Positions 41,016-50,747 of a stretch of DNA of 64,000 bases are shown here, piece by piece. Numbering within the stretch: position 1 is the stretch's first letter; each line of letters begins with the position of its first letter. Made by a program: the position numbers and the translations under genes. Origin of the DNA: a phage; the NCBI GenBank assembly GCA_026188615.1, contig GCA_026188615.1_4525.1; one strand, given 5' to 3'. The notes beneath the pieces are model-generated. The model was not told where the DNA came from and did no database searches. It saw only the letters and a list, made by a program, of their open reading frames with translations.

Positions 41016-41303
41016 TCATTCCTTATAACTATCAATGTAGTCCTGTATGTCAAAGAATGACATTTCATATTCTAGGGCATTAAGAGCCCGTTCTTCAGTA
41101 TAGTCAGAACCAAAGACGATAGTGATTTCACCAGGCTTCATGTGATTGAAATCCACACTAAAAGGAATACGAGAACATACTTCGTCTGCCATATCTGCAA
41201 CAACACTACAATACACTTCTCGGTTAACCTGATAAAGCTCTGCAAGTTCTTCGCATCGAATAACAAGTTCAGTGGCAGGATTTTCTTTGATTTTAGTAAG
41301 CAT
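41016..41303 (-). CDS. arn: putative Arn (anti-restriction nuclease) - acidic small protein
   Basis: 95 aa (T4 Arn 92 aa), acidic composition, position next to asiA; assignment by synteny only. Confidence 0.4.
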   Translation of the reverse strand: MLTKIKENPATELVIRCEELAELYQVNREVYCSVVADMADEVCSRIPFSVDFNHMKPGEITIVFGSDYTEERALNALEYEMSFFDIQDYIDSYKE

Positions 41304-41377
41304 AGTCTTTACCCTTATGTTTTTGTTTGCGTTTAGATTGAAGTTCTGATTTCTTCTTGTCCTTATGGACAGAAGCC

Positions 41378-41605
41378 TTATTGAAATCGTGTTTTGCTAC
41401 AAGATTGTTCATAATGATTTATAACCTCATTTAAACATTTATCGGTAAAAGAAAACTTTTTAGCCACAGAACATTCGATAATGTGTTCTTTCAAATCTTT
41501 AGAGTCAGTATAACCCATCTCAGTAATAAAGTGGCGAATTAAAGCTTTATTCTTATCATTAACAGAATTAAAATAATCTGCTTTAGAATCAATTATTCTC
41601 ATCAT
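41378..41605 (-). CDS. hypothetical small protein (arn-motA interval)
   Basis: 75-aa ORF. Confidence 0.4.
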   Translation of the reverse strand: MMRIIDSKADYFNSVNDKNKALIRHFITEMGYTDSKDLKEHIIECSVAKKFSFTDKCLNEVINHYEQSCSKTRFQ

Positions 41606-41870
41606 CTAATTTCCTTAACTGATATTGCAATGAGCTAATAATTTCTTCGTTCATTTTAATATACATGTCACGCAAGAAAGGTTTTAACCCTTCACGAATA
41701 ATTGCTAATGTATCACCTTTACATAAATTAACCAAATAAGGATGATCTAAAGCGTCCCAACCAGGCTGATTAGCATACATGCCATAGTTTTCTTCCATCA
41801 TATGATTAAGACGTTTGATATCTTGGATGCGTGATTCAATAGCGTCTTTCTGGAGTTGTTTAATATTCAT
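41589..41870 (-). CDS. hypothetical small protein (arn-motA interval)
   Basis: 93-aa ORF. Confidence 0.4.
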   Translation of the reverse strand: MNIKQLQKDAIESRIQDIKRLNHMMEENYGMYANQPGWDALDHPYLVNLCKGDTLAIIREGLKPFLRDMYIKMNEEIISSLQYQLRKLDDENN

Positions 41871-42331
41871 TAGTAAAGGTCCTCTGAATAAAGTTCTTTC
41901 TCACTTCCACCACGTTCAATACGTACCTGTCCAGCATACGTTGCAATAATCATTGCTTCTTCACGAGTCCAGTAATTAGAGTATTGGTCAATAAAGCCTT
42001 GGTCGTCGCCACAAACTTGTTGAGAGACTAATTGAGGACCAACTATATCAAGTACTTCAGCCATATCTTTAGAGTAATGACGAACTCCAGGAATAACCAG
42101 AGTTCCACCACTCTTCAATTTAAATCTATTAGCTGCACATACTATAACACGTTGAACTTTTTGGTCATTATTCCAATAACACGTTTGCCAACAGATTTCA
42201 GGAACTTCATTCATTACATCATCAGCAGAATAATTATAACCGTAGGACTGGAATTTTTCTGCTAGACTTTCAGGAGTCTCACGAGACAAGGCCAAATCTA
42301 ATAGCTCTAAACGTTCTTTAAATGATTTCAT
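41870..42331 (-). CDS. hypothetical protein (arn-motA interval)
   Basis: 153-aa ORF. Confidence 0.45.
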   Translation of the reverse strand: MKSFKERLELLDLALSRETPESLAEKFQSYGYNYSADDVMNEVPEICWQTCYWNNDQKVQRVIVCAANRFKLKSGGTLVIPGVRHYSKDMAEVLDIVGPQLVSQQVCGDDQGFIDQYSNYWTREEAMIIATYAGQVRIERGGSEKELYSEDLY

Positions 42332-42657
42332 TTAAACCATTCCTTAATACGTTGCCAAATAGATTTTTGTGCTTGTTTATTTACACCAATCGAACGAATA
42401 ACTGGTTGTGACTGCTGGTATTCTTTATAATCTTCTTTATAGATTTCGTAAGCTGCATCAACAAATGAACTGATCGCTGCCATGTAGTTTTTACGAAGGC
42501 CAAACGGCGCGTCATTATTTTCACGAATAACCGTATATTGGCCTGCTTTAATCTTTACAATTGTCCCTAAATAAGCCCCGTGGTACCAAATATCCCATCC
42601 TTCCTGAGTAGGTTCTGCACATTTACGAAGTTCGTTAATAATATTCAGCTTATTCAT
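42328..42657 (-). CDS. hypothetical protein (motA.1 position)
   Basis: 109-aa ORF directly downstream of motA. Confidence 0.45.
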   Translation of the reverse strand: MNKLNIINELRKCAEPTQEGWDIWYHGAYLGTIVKIKAGQYTVIRENNDAPFGLRKNYMAAISSFVDAAYEIYKEDYKEYQQSQPVIRSIGVNKQAQKSIWQRIKEWFK

Positions 42658-42667
42658 TATGTATTCC

Positions 42668-43300
42668 TCACAGTACGTTAGTTACAAGGGTAATGATTTC
42701 TTTGGACACATTAGGGAAGTCAATGTAAGTATATTTACCACCGATCTTAATCTTAACATCATTTTCAAGAGAAGTAAACAGCTTTGATTCAGTTTCTGAC
42801 ATGTTGTATGCAAAGATTCTAAGAGCGCCATCTCGACGAATTTCGATCTGACGAATACCTAGAACTCGTTTTGCAAATCGAACTTCTAAGTTACTACGGT
42901 TTTCACCAATTTCTTTAACTTCAACTTTATCTTTAATATTTTCAAAAACAAAGTTTGCTAATTCATGCATTTCAGGAGTAACTCCACGTGCTTTTCTAGT
43001 GTTACGTTTCTGAAGAAGTTCTGGAGCATTTTCTTGGGCAAAGAGGTCTGCAGCTTTTTGGATAATATCCATTGCTTCACCTGTTGCTATAAGTCCATCA
43101 CCGGATTTTTCGACTAAACCTTTCTTAATCAATACACCGATGTTAGAGTTAACAACTGATGCATTGTATTCCGCTTCCAGAGCTTCACGGACATTGGCAG
43201 CAGTGGTGAAGTTGTTCTTAATGATATAAACCATTATTGCAGCAGTTTTTTCATTCAGAGCGTTTTCAGAAGCTTTGATGATGTAAGTAACTTTAGACAT
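42668..43300 (-). CDS. motA: MotA middle-transcription activator
   Basis: 210 aa (T4 MotA 211); N-terminus MSKVTYIIKAS...NSNIGVLIKKGLVEKSGDGL matches recalled MotA. Confidence 0.9.
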   Translation of the reverse strand: MSKVTYIIKASENALNEKTAAIMVYIIKNNFTTAANVREALEAEYNASVVNSNIGVLIKKGLVEKSGDGLIATGEAMDIIQKAADLFAQENAPELLQKRNTRKARGVTPEMHELANFVFENIKDKVEVKEIGENRSNLEVRFAKRVLGIRQIEIRRDGALRIFAYNMSETESKLFTSLENDVKIKIGGKYTYIDFPNVSKEIITLVTNVL

Positions 43301-43336
43301 TTTATTTCTCCAATTTGGTTGTTTTGTTTTGATAGG

Positions 43337-43370
43337 TCTATAATATCACGTTTGAAGCACATGTAAACTG
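43337..43370 (-). promoter_or_regulatory. T4 early-type promoter upstream of motA (-35 TTTACA, -10 TATTAT)
   Basis: Minus strand TTTACA 43362..43367, TATTAT 43340..43345. Confidence 0.5.
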
Positions 43371-43394
43371 TTTTGTGAGAAAAAATGCGCAAAA

Positions 43395-43410
43395 GGGAGC
43401 CGAAGCTCCC
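43395..43410 (-). terminator. intrinsic terminator hairpin GGGAGC-UUCG-GCUCCC plus U-run downstream of gene 52
   Basis: Perfect 6-bp stem, CGAA loop on plus, A-run 43391..43394. Confidence 0.55.
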
Positions 43411-43486
43411 TAATCGTGATTGTCCAGCCAATACAGCCAAATCACTAGTGCAGCTATTGCACCGAGAAATCCTAAGGCTAGGGCAC

Positions 43487-44812
43487 TCAAAGTGCCTCCA
43501 AGTCTTTAGTGTACTCTGTCACAACATCAGTAGACTTCCAATACTCATTTTCTTCTTTCTTAGCTTTAGCTTCTTCTGCTAGTTTACGTGCTTCGTCAGA
43601 AGTGATATGGAAGATGTTAAGACCGACTAGTTTATCGACGTGTTCTTTATACATTTCGATTTGTGCTAGCTCTTCAGTCAAAGCTTTACGAGTCTTGCCT
43701 TGAATCACAATTTCGCCACTGATAACTTTTTTGATGAAGTGTGCCTTAGCAAAAGCAAGTTTAAATGCTTTTTCAGATTCAAGGATTTTGTTGTCAATAC
43801 GTTTCTGAACGTAAGTCTTACGGACTTCAACAAAATCTTTGATTAAATCCACTACGTTATCGTAGACAGCTAATTTACCCTTTTCATTAATCACTGTGAT
43901 GTTTTGTGAACGACGTTCGATGAGACTAAAATCTTTCATGATTTTTTCATGACGTAGCTCTTCATCATCAGGAAGCGAGTACTCTTTACGGAACTTCACC
44001 TTAAACCCAAAGCCGTGTTCACCACAATCATCTTCCCACGAGATTAGACCTTTATCTTCTAATGGGTCAAGAACCTTACTCACATACGTTTCACGGTCAA
44101 ATTTATATGGGATTTCAGTTATCTGCATTTGAGTACGAGATGTGAACTTATATGTTCCGTGAATCTCATAACGCCCATCAACTTCATGCACTTCACCACG
44201 GAATTCCGGGAATTCAACTTTTGGCTTAGTGACATTTTTACCTTGAAGAGCTTGTAATACAGCCTTTTTGACTGATTTAAAACTATGAGGCAGAATATTT
44301 GTTGCGTAACCGGTTGCAATACCAGAGACACCATTCAAAAGAACTGTCGGAATAATAGGAAGATAGAATTTTGGTGGAATGTGTTCTTTATCTTCATGAG
44401 CTGGAGCATATTCAGTATCTTTATATACGTTATAGAAATTTTTACTTACACGAGCAAAAATATAACGAGATGCTGCAGCTTTTTGGACTGTTCGAGAACC
44501 AAAGTTACCTTGACCATCTAATAGTGGATAGTTGTTATTCCACGTGTTAGCCATCAATGCTCCTGCATCTTGTGCAGAAGATTCGCCGTGATGATAACCT
44601 AAATCTGCAACACCGCCTGCAATTGATGCAAGTTTATGAAATTTTTCTTTATTACCACGAGCCAAATCTAACGCACGATGAACCACAAAACGTTGAACCG
44701 GCTTAAATCCATCAATCATGTTCGGGATTGCACGGTTTTCAACGGTGTACATCGCATATGCTAAGGCTTCGTTATCAATAATACTTTTTAGATTACGAGA
44801 ATTCAATTGCAT
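43487..44812 (-). CDS. 52: DNA topoisomerase II medium subunit gp52 (GyrA-like)
   Basis: 441 aa (T4 gp52 442); position between ndd cluster and motA. Confidence 0.85.
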   Translation of the reverse strand: MQLNSRNLKSIIDNEALAYAMYTVENRAIPNMIDGFKPVQRFVVHRALDLARGNKEKFHKLASIAGGVADLGYHHGESSAQDAGALMANTWNNNYPLLDGQGNFGSRTVQKAAASRYIFARVSKNFYNVYKDTEYAPAHEDKEHIPPKFYLPIIPTVLLNGVSGIATGYATNILPHSFKSVKKAVLQALQGKNVTKPKVEFPEFRGEVHEVDGRYEIHGTYKFTSRTQMQITEIPYKFDRETYVSKVLDPLEDKGLISWEDDCGEHGFGFKVKFRKEYSLPDDEELRHEKIMKDFSLIERRSQNITVINEKGKLAVYDNVVDLIKDFVEVRKTYVQKRIDNKILESEKAFKLAFAKAHFIKKVISGEIVIQGKTRKALTEELAQIEMYKEHVDKLVGLNIFHITSDEARKLAEEAKAKKEENEYWKSTDVVTEYTKDLEAL

Positions 44813-44816
44813 ATTT

Positions 44817-44957
44817 TCACCATATTAATGAACGAATAACCATTATAACATCTGAAATGAAAAGCACTACTTGGATTAGTCCAAACATCACACCGTAGTA
44901 CAGAACCGTAAGCAACAACAAGAGCCCGAAGGCTCCTGCTAAGATTTTCTTAATCAT
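44817..44957 (-). CDS. small hydrophobic membrane peptide, 46 aa (not in ORF track)
   Basis: Hand-translated MIKKILAGAFGLLLLLTVLYYGVMFGLIQVVLFISDVIMVIRSLIW; stop 5 nt before gene 52 ATG. Confidence 0.4.
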   Translation of the reverse strand: MIKKILAGAFGLLLLLTVLYYGVMFGLIQVVLFISDVIMVIRSLIW

Positions 44958-45103
44958 TACTCGCCTTTTAATACGTTAAGAAGAGCTAAGACCGCTAAGG
45001 TACCTTGTGATACAGCCTGTTGAAATACTGTTGTTTCACCTGTAACTAAAGTGCTAACGAATAAAAACGACCAACACAACAATGCAATAATCCATGCTAC
45101 CAT
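44957..45103 (-). CDS. small hydrophobic membrane peptide, 48 aa (ac-like position; not in ORF track)
   Basis: Hand-translated MVAWIIALLCWSFLFVSTLVTGETTVFQQAVSQGTLAVLALLNVLKGE; stop overlaps next ATG (TAATG). Confidence 0.4.
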   Translation of the reverse strand: MVAWIIALLCWSFLFVSTLVTGETTVFQQAVSQGTLAVLALLNVLKGE

Positions 45104-45155
45104 TTTAATTACCTCACAAATAAATTAAAGGCCTAACTTAATAGGCCTGTATAAA

Positions 45156-45602
45156 TTAGTAACTCTGCAGAATTAATTTGAAATTATCAGCCAGAAGACG
45201 GTTCATTTCAGTGAGTGTTTGATATTCTGATGTATGGTTGCGAGTGAATGCCAGAGCCAATTGACCTTTACCATAACCAGTGGTCAGTGGTTTCATGTTC
45301 TTAGCTGCAACAAAGATTACATCATATTCAATATTGTTAGTGCCCATGGTACGGGCTAGTTGCGAACGGCCTTGACGAATGTGAGAAAGAATTGCATCCA
45401 ACCCTTGTTTAGAACGTTGACGTCCTACAAAGAATCGTGCTGCTACTTGTCGCCAATCAGATGAACCTTTAACGAAGAAGTAAAAACCTTCACGAGAACG
45501 AAACTCTTTAGAAACTTCAGAACCGTATTCGCCATTACGAACTACTGCAACAACTTCACCGCCAACTGCCAGAAGGTCTTTACGAGTTAAATATTTGGAC
45601 AT
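45156..45602 (-). CDS. ndd: nucleoid disruption protein Ndd
   Basis: 148 aa; C-terminal half near-identical to recalled T4 Ndd ([56 protein letters not shown]). Confidence 0.9.
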   Translation of the reverse strand: MSKYLTRKDLLAVGGEVVAVVRNGEYGSEVSKEFRSREGFYFFVKGSSDWRQVAARFFVGRQRSKQGLDAILSHIRQGRSQLARTMGTNNIEYDVIFVAAKNMKPLTTGYGKGQLALAFTRNHTSEYQTLTEMNRLLADNFKLILQSY

Positions 45603-45644
45603 GCTAATTTCCTCAATTGATTAATGTTTTTGTAATCCATGAGA

Positions 45645-45678
45645 GCATTATACTCTGCTCTCAAGAGTTTGTACAATT
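45645..45678 (-). promoter_or_regulatory. T4 early-type promoter upstream of ndd (-35 TTGTAC, 18-bp spacer, -10 TATAAT) with dyad GAGAGCA/TGCTCTC flanking the -10
   Basis: Minus strand TATAAT at 45647..45652; near-duplicate of promoter at 15216..15248. Confidence 0.55.
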
Positions 45679-45879
45679 TTATTCGGCTATATCAGAACGT
45701 TCAAAAAGCTCTTCAACAGTTAAACATTCAGTGTCATCTTCAATAAAGAATCGAGTCCAACACGTTGGGGCGATACAGTTATGAGTTTGTCCGGCGATAG
45801 AAGCTACACGAATAAGCTGCTGACCATTATTCAGAACAAATTTTTCACCAATTTCAACATCTTTAAAAAGCTTAGCCAT
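45679..45879 (-). CDS. hypothetical small protein (ndd.x cluster)
   Basis: 66-aa ORF, Cys-containing (CIAPTCW). Confidence 0.4.
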   Translation of the reverse strand: MAKLFKDVEIGEKFVLNNGQQLIRVASIAGQTHNCIAPTCWTRFFIEDDTECLTVEELFERSDIAE

Positions 45880-46129
45880 TTTGTGTTCCTCATGTTTCAG
45901 TAGGACTACTATACCATAATCCTACTGTGTTGTAAACAATTAAATTACATTAAAATATGTTAAAGCCAACCATGTTCCAGTGAACGAACATGCAATGTAA
46001 AAAACCGTATCACAAAATGTTCTTAGTACAATAAGAAGTGCATTTTTCATAAGTACCTCAACACAATTGAAAATATTATACAAATCATTGGGATACTAAG
46101 CAACCATATTCCTATCCACATTTTAGAGC

Positions 46130-46393
46130 TCATATCTCAACTTCCGTGAGTTCCATATATCCTTTGTTGATAACCTCTTTAAGGTCTTTAGAAAGAATAA
46201 CGTTAAAATGGTCGTTCATATGTCCGTTAACTAAACGAGTTATTTCGGCTTCAGATGACATATAAGGCACGTCTGAGTCCCAATGAGATAGACCCAAATG
46301 GGTGTAAATCATCCCTTCGTCATCTGCAGTGTTGTACATTGAAACAAATTCGCCTGTTACTTTATGTTTTGCGTAGAAAAATTTAAATTTCAT
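46130..46393 (-). CDS. hypothetical small protein (ndd.x cluster)
   Basis: 87-aa ORF preceded by early promoter-like element ~46395..46450. Confidence 0.45.
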   Translation of the reverse strand: MKFKFFYAKHKVTGEFVSMYNTADDEGMIYTHLGLSHWDSDVPYMSSEAEITRLVNGHMNDHFNVILSKDLKEVINKGYMELTEVEI

Positions 46394-46461
46394 GATGTTA
46401 TCCTCTTTTAGATAGGACTACTATATCATAGTCCTACTTAGTTGTAAACACTTTTATGAAA

Positions 46462-47019
46462 TTAAAGATGAAGATACCACCCGTTGTAGTTGCTCTTGCG
46501 GACGATTTTCTTTAGGTCTTCATGGTCTCCCACGAACTTTATAGAATAAGAGAAGACGTCAGGTGAGGTTTCTTTGACATCTAATATAATAATGCAATCT
46601 GCGACTCGATGATTCAAGAAGGGCCCTATATTGATTCCATTACCACCCGGATAATCACCACTGTATCCTGTGGTAACCGAAATCCATTTCGAATCCATCT
46701 GATGGGTCTTTACTTCTACGCGTAGACCACAGTACTTAGGATGAGCTAAAACGTCCCATGCATACGTGTACGGGTCTTCTACGTCTTCATTACCTTTATT
46801 AACATATCCGTCTAGCCAATTTGCTACTACATACTCTGCAAAGACTGCAACCTTACAACGTCGAACAACGTCTTCTTTTATTTGACCTGGTTCTTGTTTC
46901 AACGAGTACCGAGCAGTATCAGCGATCTTAACCTTCATTTCGCTAGTCAAAAACTCATTCGACAGGATAAATGTCGGAAGACTCTTCAGCCTCAACAGTC
47001 CCAAGTTCGTCTTTACCAT
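46462..47019 (-). CDS. denB: putative endonuclease IV (DenB) by position and length
   Basis: 185 aa from internal Met (= T4 EndoIV length); lies between ndd cluster and rIIB; no motif-level confirmation. Confidence 0.4.
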   Translation of the reverse strand: MVKTNLGLLRLKSLPTFILSNEFLTSEMKVKIADTARYSLKQEPGQIKEDVVRRCKVAVFAEYVVANWLDGYVNKGNEDVEDPYTYAWDVLAHPKYCGLRVEVKTHQMDSKWISVTTGYSGDYPGGNGINIGPFLNHRVADCIIILDVKETSPDVFSYSIKFVGDHEDLKKIVRKSNYNGWYLHL

Positions 47020-47242
47020 AGATACCTCTAATGTGTAGTTCGCCAAAATAAATGCGGTCACCTTCTTCAAGATATTCTGCATCTACCGGCGGAATTTCAA
47101 TAACAACTTCGTCGCATTCTAACCAGCCGTAGTGTGCATCACCAGGATGTTTTACCAATTTAGCGCAATACACTGATTTACATTTATGATGGCCACGAAG
47201 ATTAGCGATTTTGGATTCTGATACGTCAAATGGATGAATCAT
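46955..47242 (-). CDS. hypothetical small protein (denB.1 position)
   Basis: 95-aa ORF. Confidence 0.35.
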   Translation of the reverse strand: MIHPFDVSESKIANLRGHHKCKSVYCAKLVKHPGDAHYGWLECDEVVIEIPPVDAEYLEEGDRIYFGELHIRGIYGKDELGTVEAEESSDIYPVE

Positions 47243-47262
47243 AATTACCCCTAAAGAAAAAA

Positions 47263-47278
47263 GGGGACCGAAGTCCCC
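47263..47278 (-). terminator. intrinsic terminator hairpin GGGGAC-UUCG-GUCCCC plus U-run downstream of rIIB
   Basis: Perfect 6-bp stem, CGAA loop on plus, A-run 47253..47262. Confidence 0.55.
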
Positions 47279-47283
47279 AATTA

Positions 47284-48219
47284 TTATTCTGCAAATAATT
47301 CAGTAACGTCTGAAATTACTTCATAACGACATGTACGCATCTTAGCATCACCATAGTCAACTGGGATGGATACAACATCACGTGGATGAACTTTAACTTT
47401 CACAACTTTATCTGAGCTTGAACCAAAGTGGCGAATATAAGATTTAGCACAAACATGTAGACCGCGAGAACAGGTTTGTGTATCATCATCGTTAACACGA
47501 GTACGAGGCATTGAAACAACTTTACCTGGGGAGTTATCAAATGTACCACTATAGCAGTCTAAATAGTCCTTACGAACTACTTTCCACGCATAGAAATGAC
47601 CATCTTCAGTGATTTCAATATCGTTTGCAACCAAGAAGTCGAATAAACGTTGTACAGCTTTTTCGCTTGGGTTTTCTAACAGGTTTTCAAGGAATGGCAG
47701 ATAGAATTTAAAGTCTTCACCTTTTTCCATAGAATCAATAATACGGTTAACCAGCCCTGAACGAATCTCTATACCTTGATAAAATAAACTACCACCTTCA
47801 ATAACAACATTACCGTCAACAAACTTACTAATAGCTTTCTTGATGTTAATAAGTTCGACAGCTTTACTAAGGTTTCCTGCGACCAGATTAGCTTTAATTT
47901 CTTCAAAATTTGCATGACTTGATGGGGTCGCATTGTATGCTACGCGTCCTTCAATTATTGAAATAAATTTAGATGACGCGTTCCATACGATTTCAGGACG
48001 GTGTCCGCCGATAATAGGTTCATCATTTTCTGGGACCTGTTCTTCGTCTTCAAATTCAGCTGCTTTCTCTTCAGCTTTAAAATTCTTAACAATCTTACGA
48101 AGAGTATCTGTTGAAATGTCAAAGTAATCGGCAATTTCTTTACGGGTCCATTTGCCTGATTCAACCAGGCCGTAAGCTTCTAACTGTTCTTCTTTGGACA
48201 AGCATTTGATATTGTACAT
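47284..48219 (-). CDS. rIIB: rIIB (rapid-lysis / RexAB-exclusion protector)
   Basis: 311 aa (T4 rIIB 312); directly downstream of rIIA. Confidence 0.85.
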   Translation of the reverse strand: MYNIKCLSKEEQLEAYGLVESGKWTRKEIADYFDISTDTLRKIVKNFKAEEKAAEFEDEEQVPENDEPIIGGHRPEIVWNASSKFISIIEGRVAYNATPSSHANFEEIKANLVAGNLSKAVELINIKKAISKFVDGNVVIEGGSLFYQGIEIRSGLVNRIIDSMEKGEDFKFYLPFLENLLENPSEKAVQRLFDFLVANDIEITEDGHFYAWKVVRKDYLDCYSGTFDNSPGKVVSMPRTRVNDDDTQTCSRGLHVCAKSYIRHFGSSSDKVVKVKVHPRDVVSIPVDYGDAKMRTCRYEVISDVTELFAE

Positions 48220-48228
48220 AATGTTTCC

Positions 48229-50442
48229 TTATTTGGCCGCTTCCACGGCCTTCATGAATTTAACGATTTGAGCGACCTGTTCTTTTGAAAGAGTACCACG
48301 TCGTCCCATGTATTCTGACACAATATGATAATTGATTTCGAATTCAATAACCATTTTATCATCATTATCGTAAGCATTATCTTTAAGCTTATCGAAAATT
48401 TTAGCACATAATTCTAACTTCTTATTCAGGTCTCTGTTATCAGCACCTGCGAATCGATTCCATCCCCAGCGATTATTTACTGTTGAGAGTTTTGCAAAGT
48501 CTTTACTGATTTCTTTGTTCTTAGAGCTAAAATACTTACTAAGGAAGTTAAGCTCTTCATTACGAGTAATATGGTTTAGATAGGGTTGTGCTCTACGACT
48601 TGGTGATACATACTCATCATAATCTACTTTATCGATTAGCGTAATATAGTCATTAATTGATTTTTCGAACAAGCATTCTACTTCACCAAGTTTACGAACT
48701 TTCTTAGCAATCTGTGGGCGAACTACAGTGAACTCTTTAATACCTGATAAATCGGCAATACGGGTCAAGAAATTGGAGTCGTAGTTCAACCAACCTTTAT
48801 CTGCGTCAAGACATTCAGCATTAGAACGATTACGAACTATAACATAACCTTGGATTTCATCTGCTTCACTTGCCGGAATAAAGAGATCTTCTGATACCCA
48901 AACATCGTTTTCATTCTTAAAGAACCGATGAGCACTTGGGGATTTAGGACGAGGCTGCGATGAACGTTCTTTAACTTCAATCCATGGTTTAACCAATGCA
49001 AGAATTTCAGAGGTCTTATAAAATTTAAGGCTATCACCAGCGAAAATAACCTTTAATCGTTCCAGAAGTTTCATTGCAACTTCATCTTCCGGGTTAATGA
49101 ATAATACGCTACTACCCCATCCAGAAGGAACCTTATCAACGAGTGTTGATGCATCAGTGGAAGTCAAAGCATCGTTCAGAGCACGCATCATTGGTACGCG
49201 GCCTTTCACATCGTCAATAACGATATCAATATGCTTACGACTAATACCTAGCAGGCTATTAATTGAAATAGTTGCAGACGAGCTTCCGCTTTCACGAATA
49301 CGACGAAGTCGTGGGTTTGAAACGATATCATATACAACGCCAAGGTTGCACCATTCAGGTCCCATTTTAAAACGTTTGTACAACTCAGAATAAGTTAGTT
49401 GTTCTTTAGAGTATTTCAGTGATTCAATATTAGAACCGGCTTTTTCCATATATTTACGAGCAGAGTAACCAAGAGAATCGATTTCACGGAATACATGACG
49501 TGGATATTCACAATCAATCCATTTCTTAGAATCTTCAGCAAATAATTTTGCATCGATTTCTGCAACGCGTTTATGGATATTTGCTACTGTACGTTTATCA
49601 AATGACAATGCTTCACGAGACGGGGCTACATCTAGTTCACCCATAGGGAATTTAATATAAGCTGTAGTGCATCGTGTCATCATCCAGGTTTGTTCTTTAA
49701 TAACACTTCCGATTGGATATACAATACCACCATAAACAGCCATGATATTACCACGTTCACCCCATGGAGCTTCCTTGGCTAAATAAACATCATCGAATTC
49801 CGGGAAGTATTTGATATCTTTAACACCGCGAACTTCTGCAATATCACCTAGAGGACGCATAACATATGCAATTTCAGATGCGAACTTTTCAAAATCTTCT
49901 GGGTTAACCGGTACAACTACTTCAACGCCGGTCCGGTCATCAGGACCCATCTTATCTACGAAGGTTGGCTTAATCTGTGGACCAGTGTCATCTTGGTAGA
50001 TTACGTAACCACGAACTTCGCCATTATGATAAGAAGTAATGTTAAACGTATCGGTATATGCTAGTGGAGCTTTAGAGCCGAGTCCGAATCCACCAATGAA
50101 ATCGTTACTCGATGTTTTAGTTGAAGCAAAATATGAGTTATAGATTCCTGGCTCTTCATCATTACCTCGAATGGTGAAATCACTCATACCAGGACCAAAG
50201 TCTCGAACTACAAAACGTGGGTCTAAACGACCTGGTGCCTGAACAATAAACTTATCAGTGCAACCATTAAGAATTTGTCCATCGATACAGTTGGTGATTA
50301 ATTCACGTACACAAGCCAATTCTTTGTTTGTATAAAGGTCATTAGACAAAATCTTATAAACTTTGCTATTGCCTTGAATAGTGAATGCTGTGCTCTTACC
50401 GCCTGAACCAATAATCGTTTCTTTAGCCGTTTCAATAATCAT
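48229..50442 (-). CDS. rIIA: rIIA (rapid-lysis / RexAB-exclusion protector)
   Basis: 737 aa (T4 rIIA 725); adjacent to rIIB. Confidence 0.85.
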   Translation of the reverse strand: MIIETAKETIIGSGGKSTAFTIQGNSKVYKILSNDLYTNKELACVRELITNCIDGQILNGCTDKFIVQAPGRLDPRFVVRDFGPGMSDFTIRGNDEEPGIYNSYFASTKTSSNDFIGGFGLGSKAPLAYTDTFNITSYHNGEVRGYVIYQDDTGPQIKPTFVDKMGPDDRTGVEVVVPVNPEDFEKFASEIAYVMRPLGDIAEVRGVKDIKYFPEFDDVYLAKEAPWGERGNIMAVYGGIVYPIGSVIKEQTWMMTRCTTAYIKFPMGELDVAPSREALSFDKRTVANIHKRVAEIDAKLFAEDSKKWIDCEYPRHVFREIDSLGYSARKYMEKAGSNIESLKYSKEQLTYSELYKRFKMGPEWCNLGVVYDIVSNPRLRRIRESGSSSATISINSLLGISRKHIDIVIDDVKGRVPMMRALNDALTSTDASTLVDKVPSGWGSSVLFINPEDEVAMKLLERLKVIFAGDSLKFYKTSEILALVKPWIEVKERSSQPRPKSPSAHRFFKNENDVWVSEDLFIPASEADEIQGYVIVRNRSNAECLDADKGWLNYDSNFLTRIADLSGIKEFTVVRPQIAKKVRKLGEVECLFEKSINDYITLIDKVDYDEYVSPSRRAQPYLNHITRNEELNFLSKYFSSKNKEISKDFAKLSTVNNRWGWNRFAGADNRDLNKKLELCAKIFDKLKDNAYDNDDKMVIEFEINYHIVSEYMGRRGTLSKEQVAQIVKFMKAVEAAK

Positions 50443-50454
50443 ATTTTTCTCTCA

Positions 50455-50655
50455 TCACAAGTTACGTTTAAAAATTTCTGCCACTTCGAGAAGTTCTTCT
50501 TTAGTAGCTGTATCGGTTTGTATTTTATATCGAATTTCTTTAAAGCGTTCTTTAAAGGACTCTGCTGACTCGATATCAAAAAATCTTTGGATAAGCCGGA
50601 ATTCCCGGAGCACCGCTTTATCAAAAAGTTCCAAGTCCACGTTATATGTTCTCAT
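50455..50655 (-). CDS. hypothetical small protein (rIIA.1 position)
   Basis: 66-aa ORF just upstream of rIIA. Confidence 0.45.
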   Translation of the reverse strand: MRTYNVDLELFDKAVLREFRLIQRFFDIESAESFKERFKEIRYKIQTDTATKEELLEVAEIFKRNL

Positions 50656-50747
50656 AATATTCTCTTCAGTAGATTCCTAGGGCACTATTACTAAAGACCA
50701 TATAATCTATCATCTTATGTGTAATAGTGCCTCAGGCTATTCAGGAT

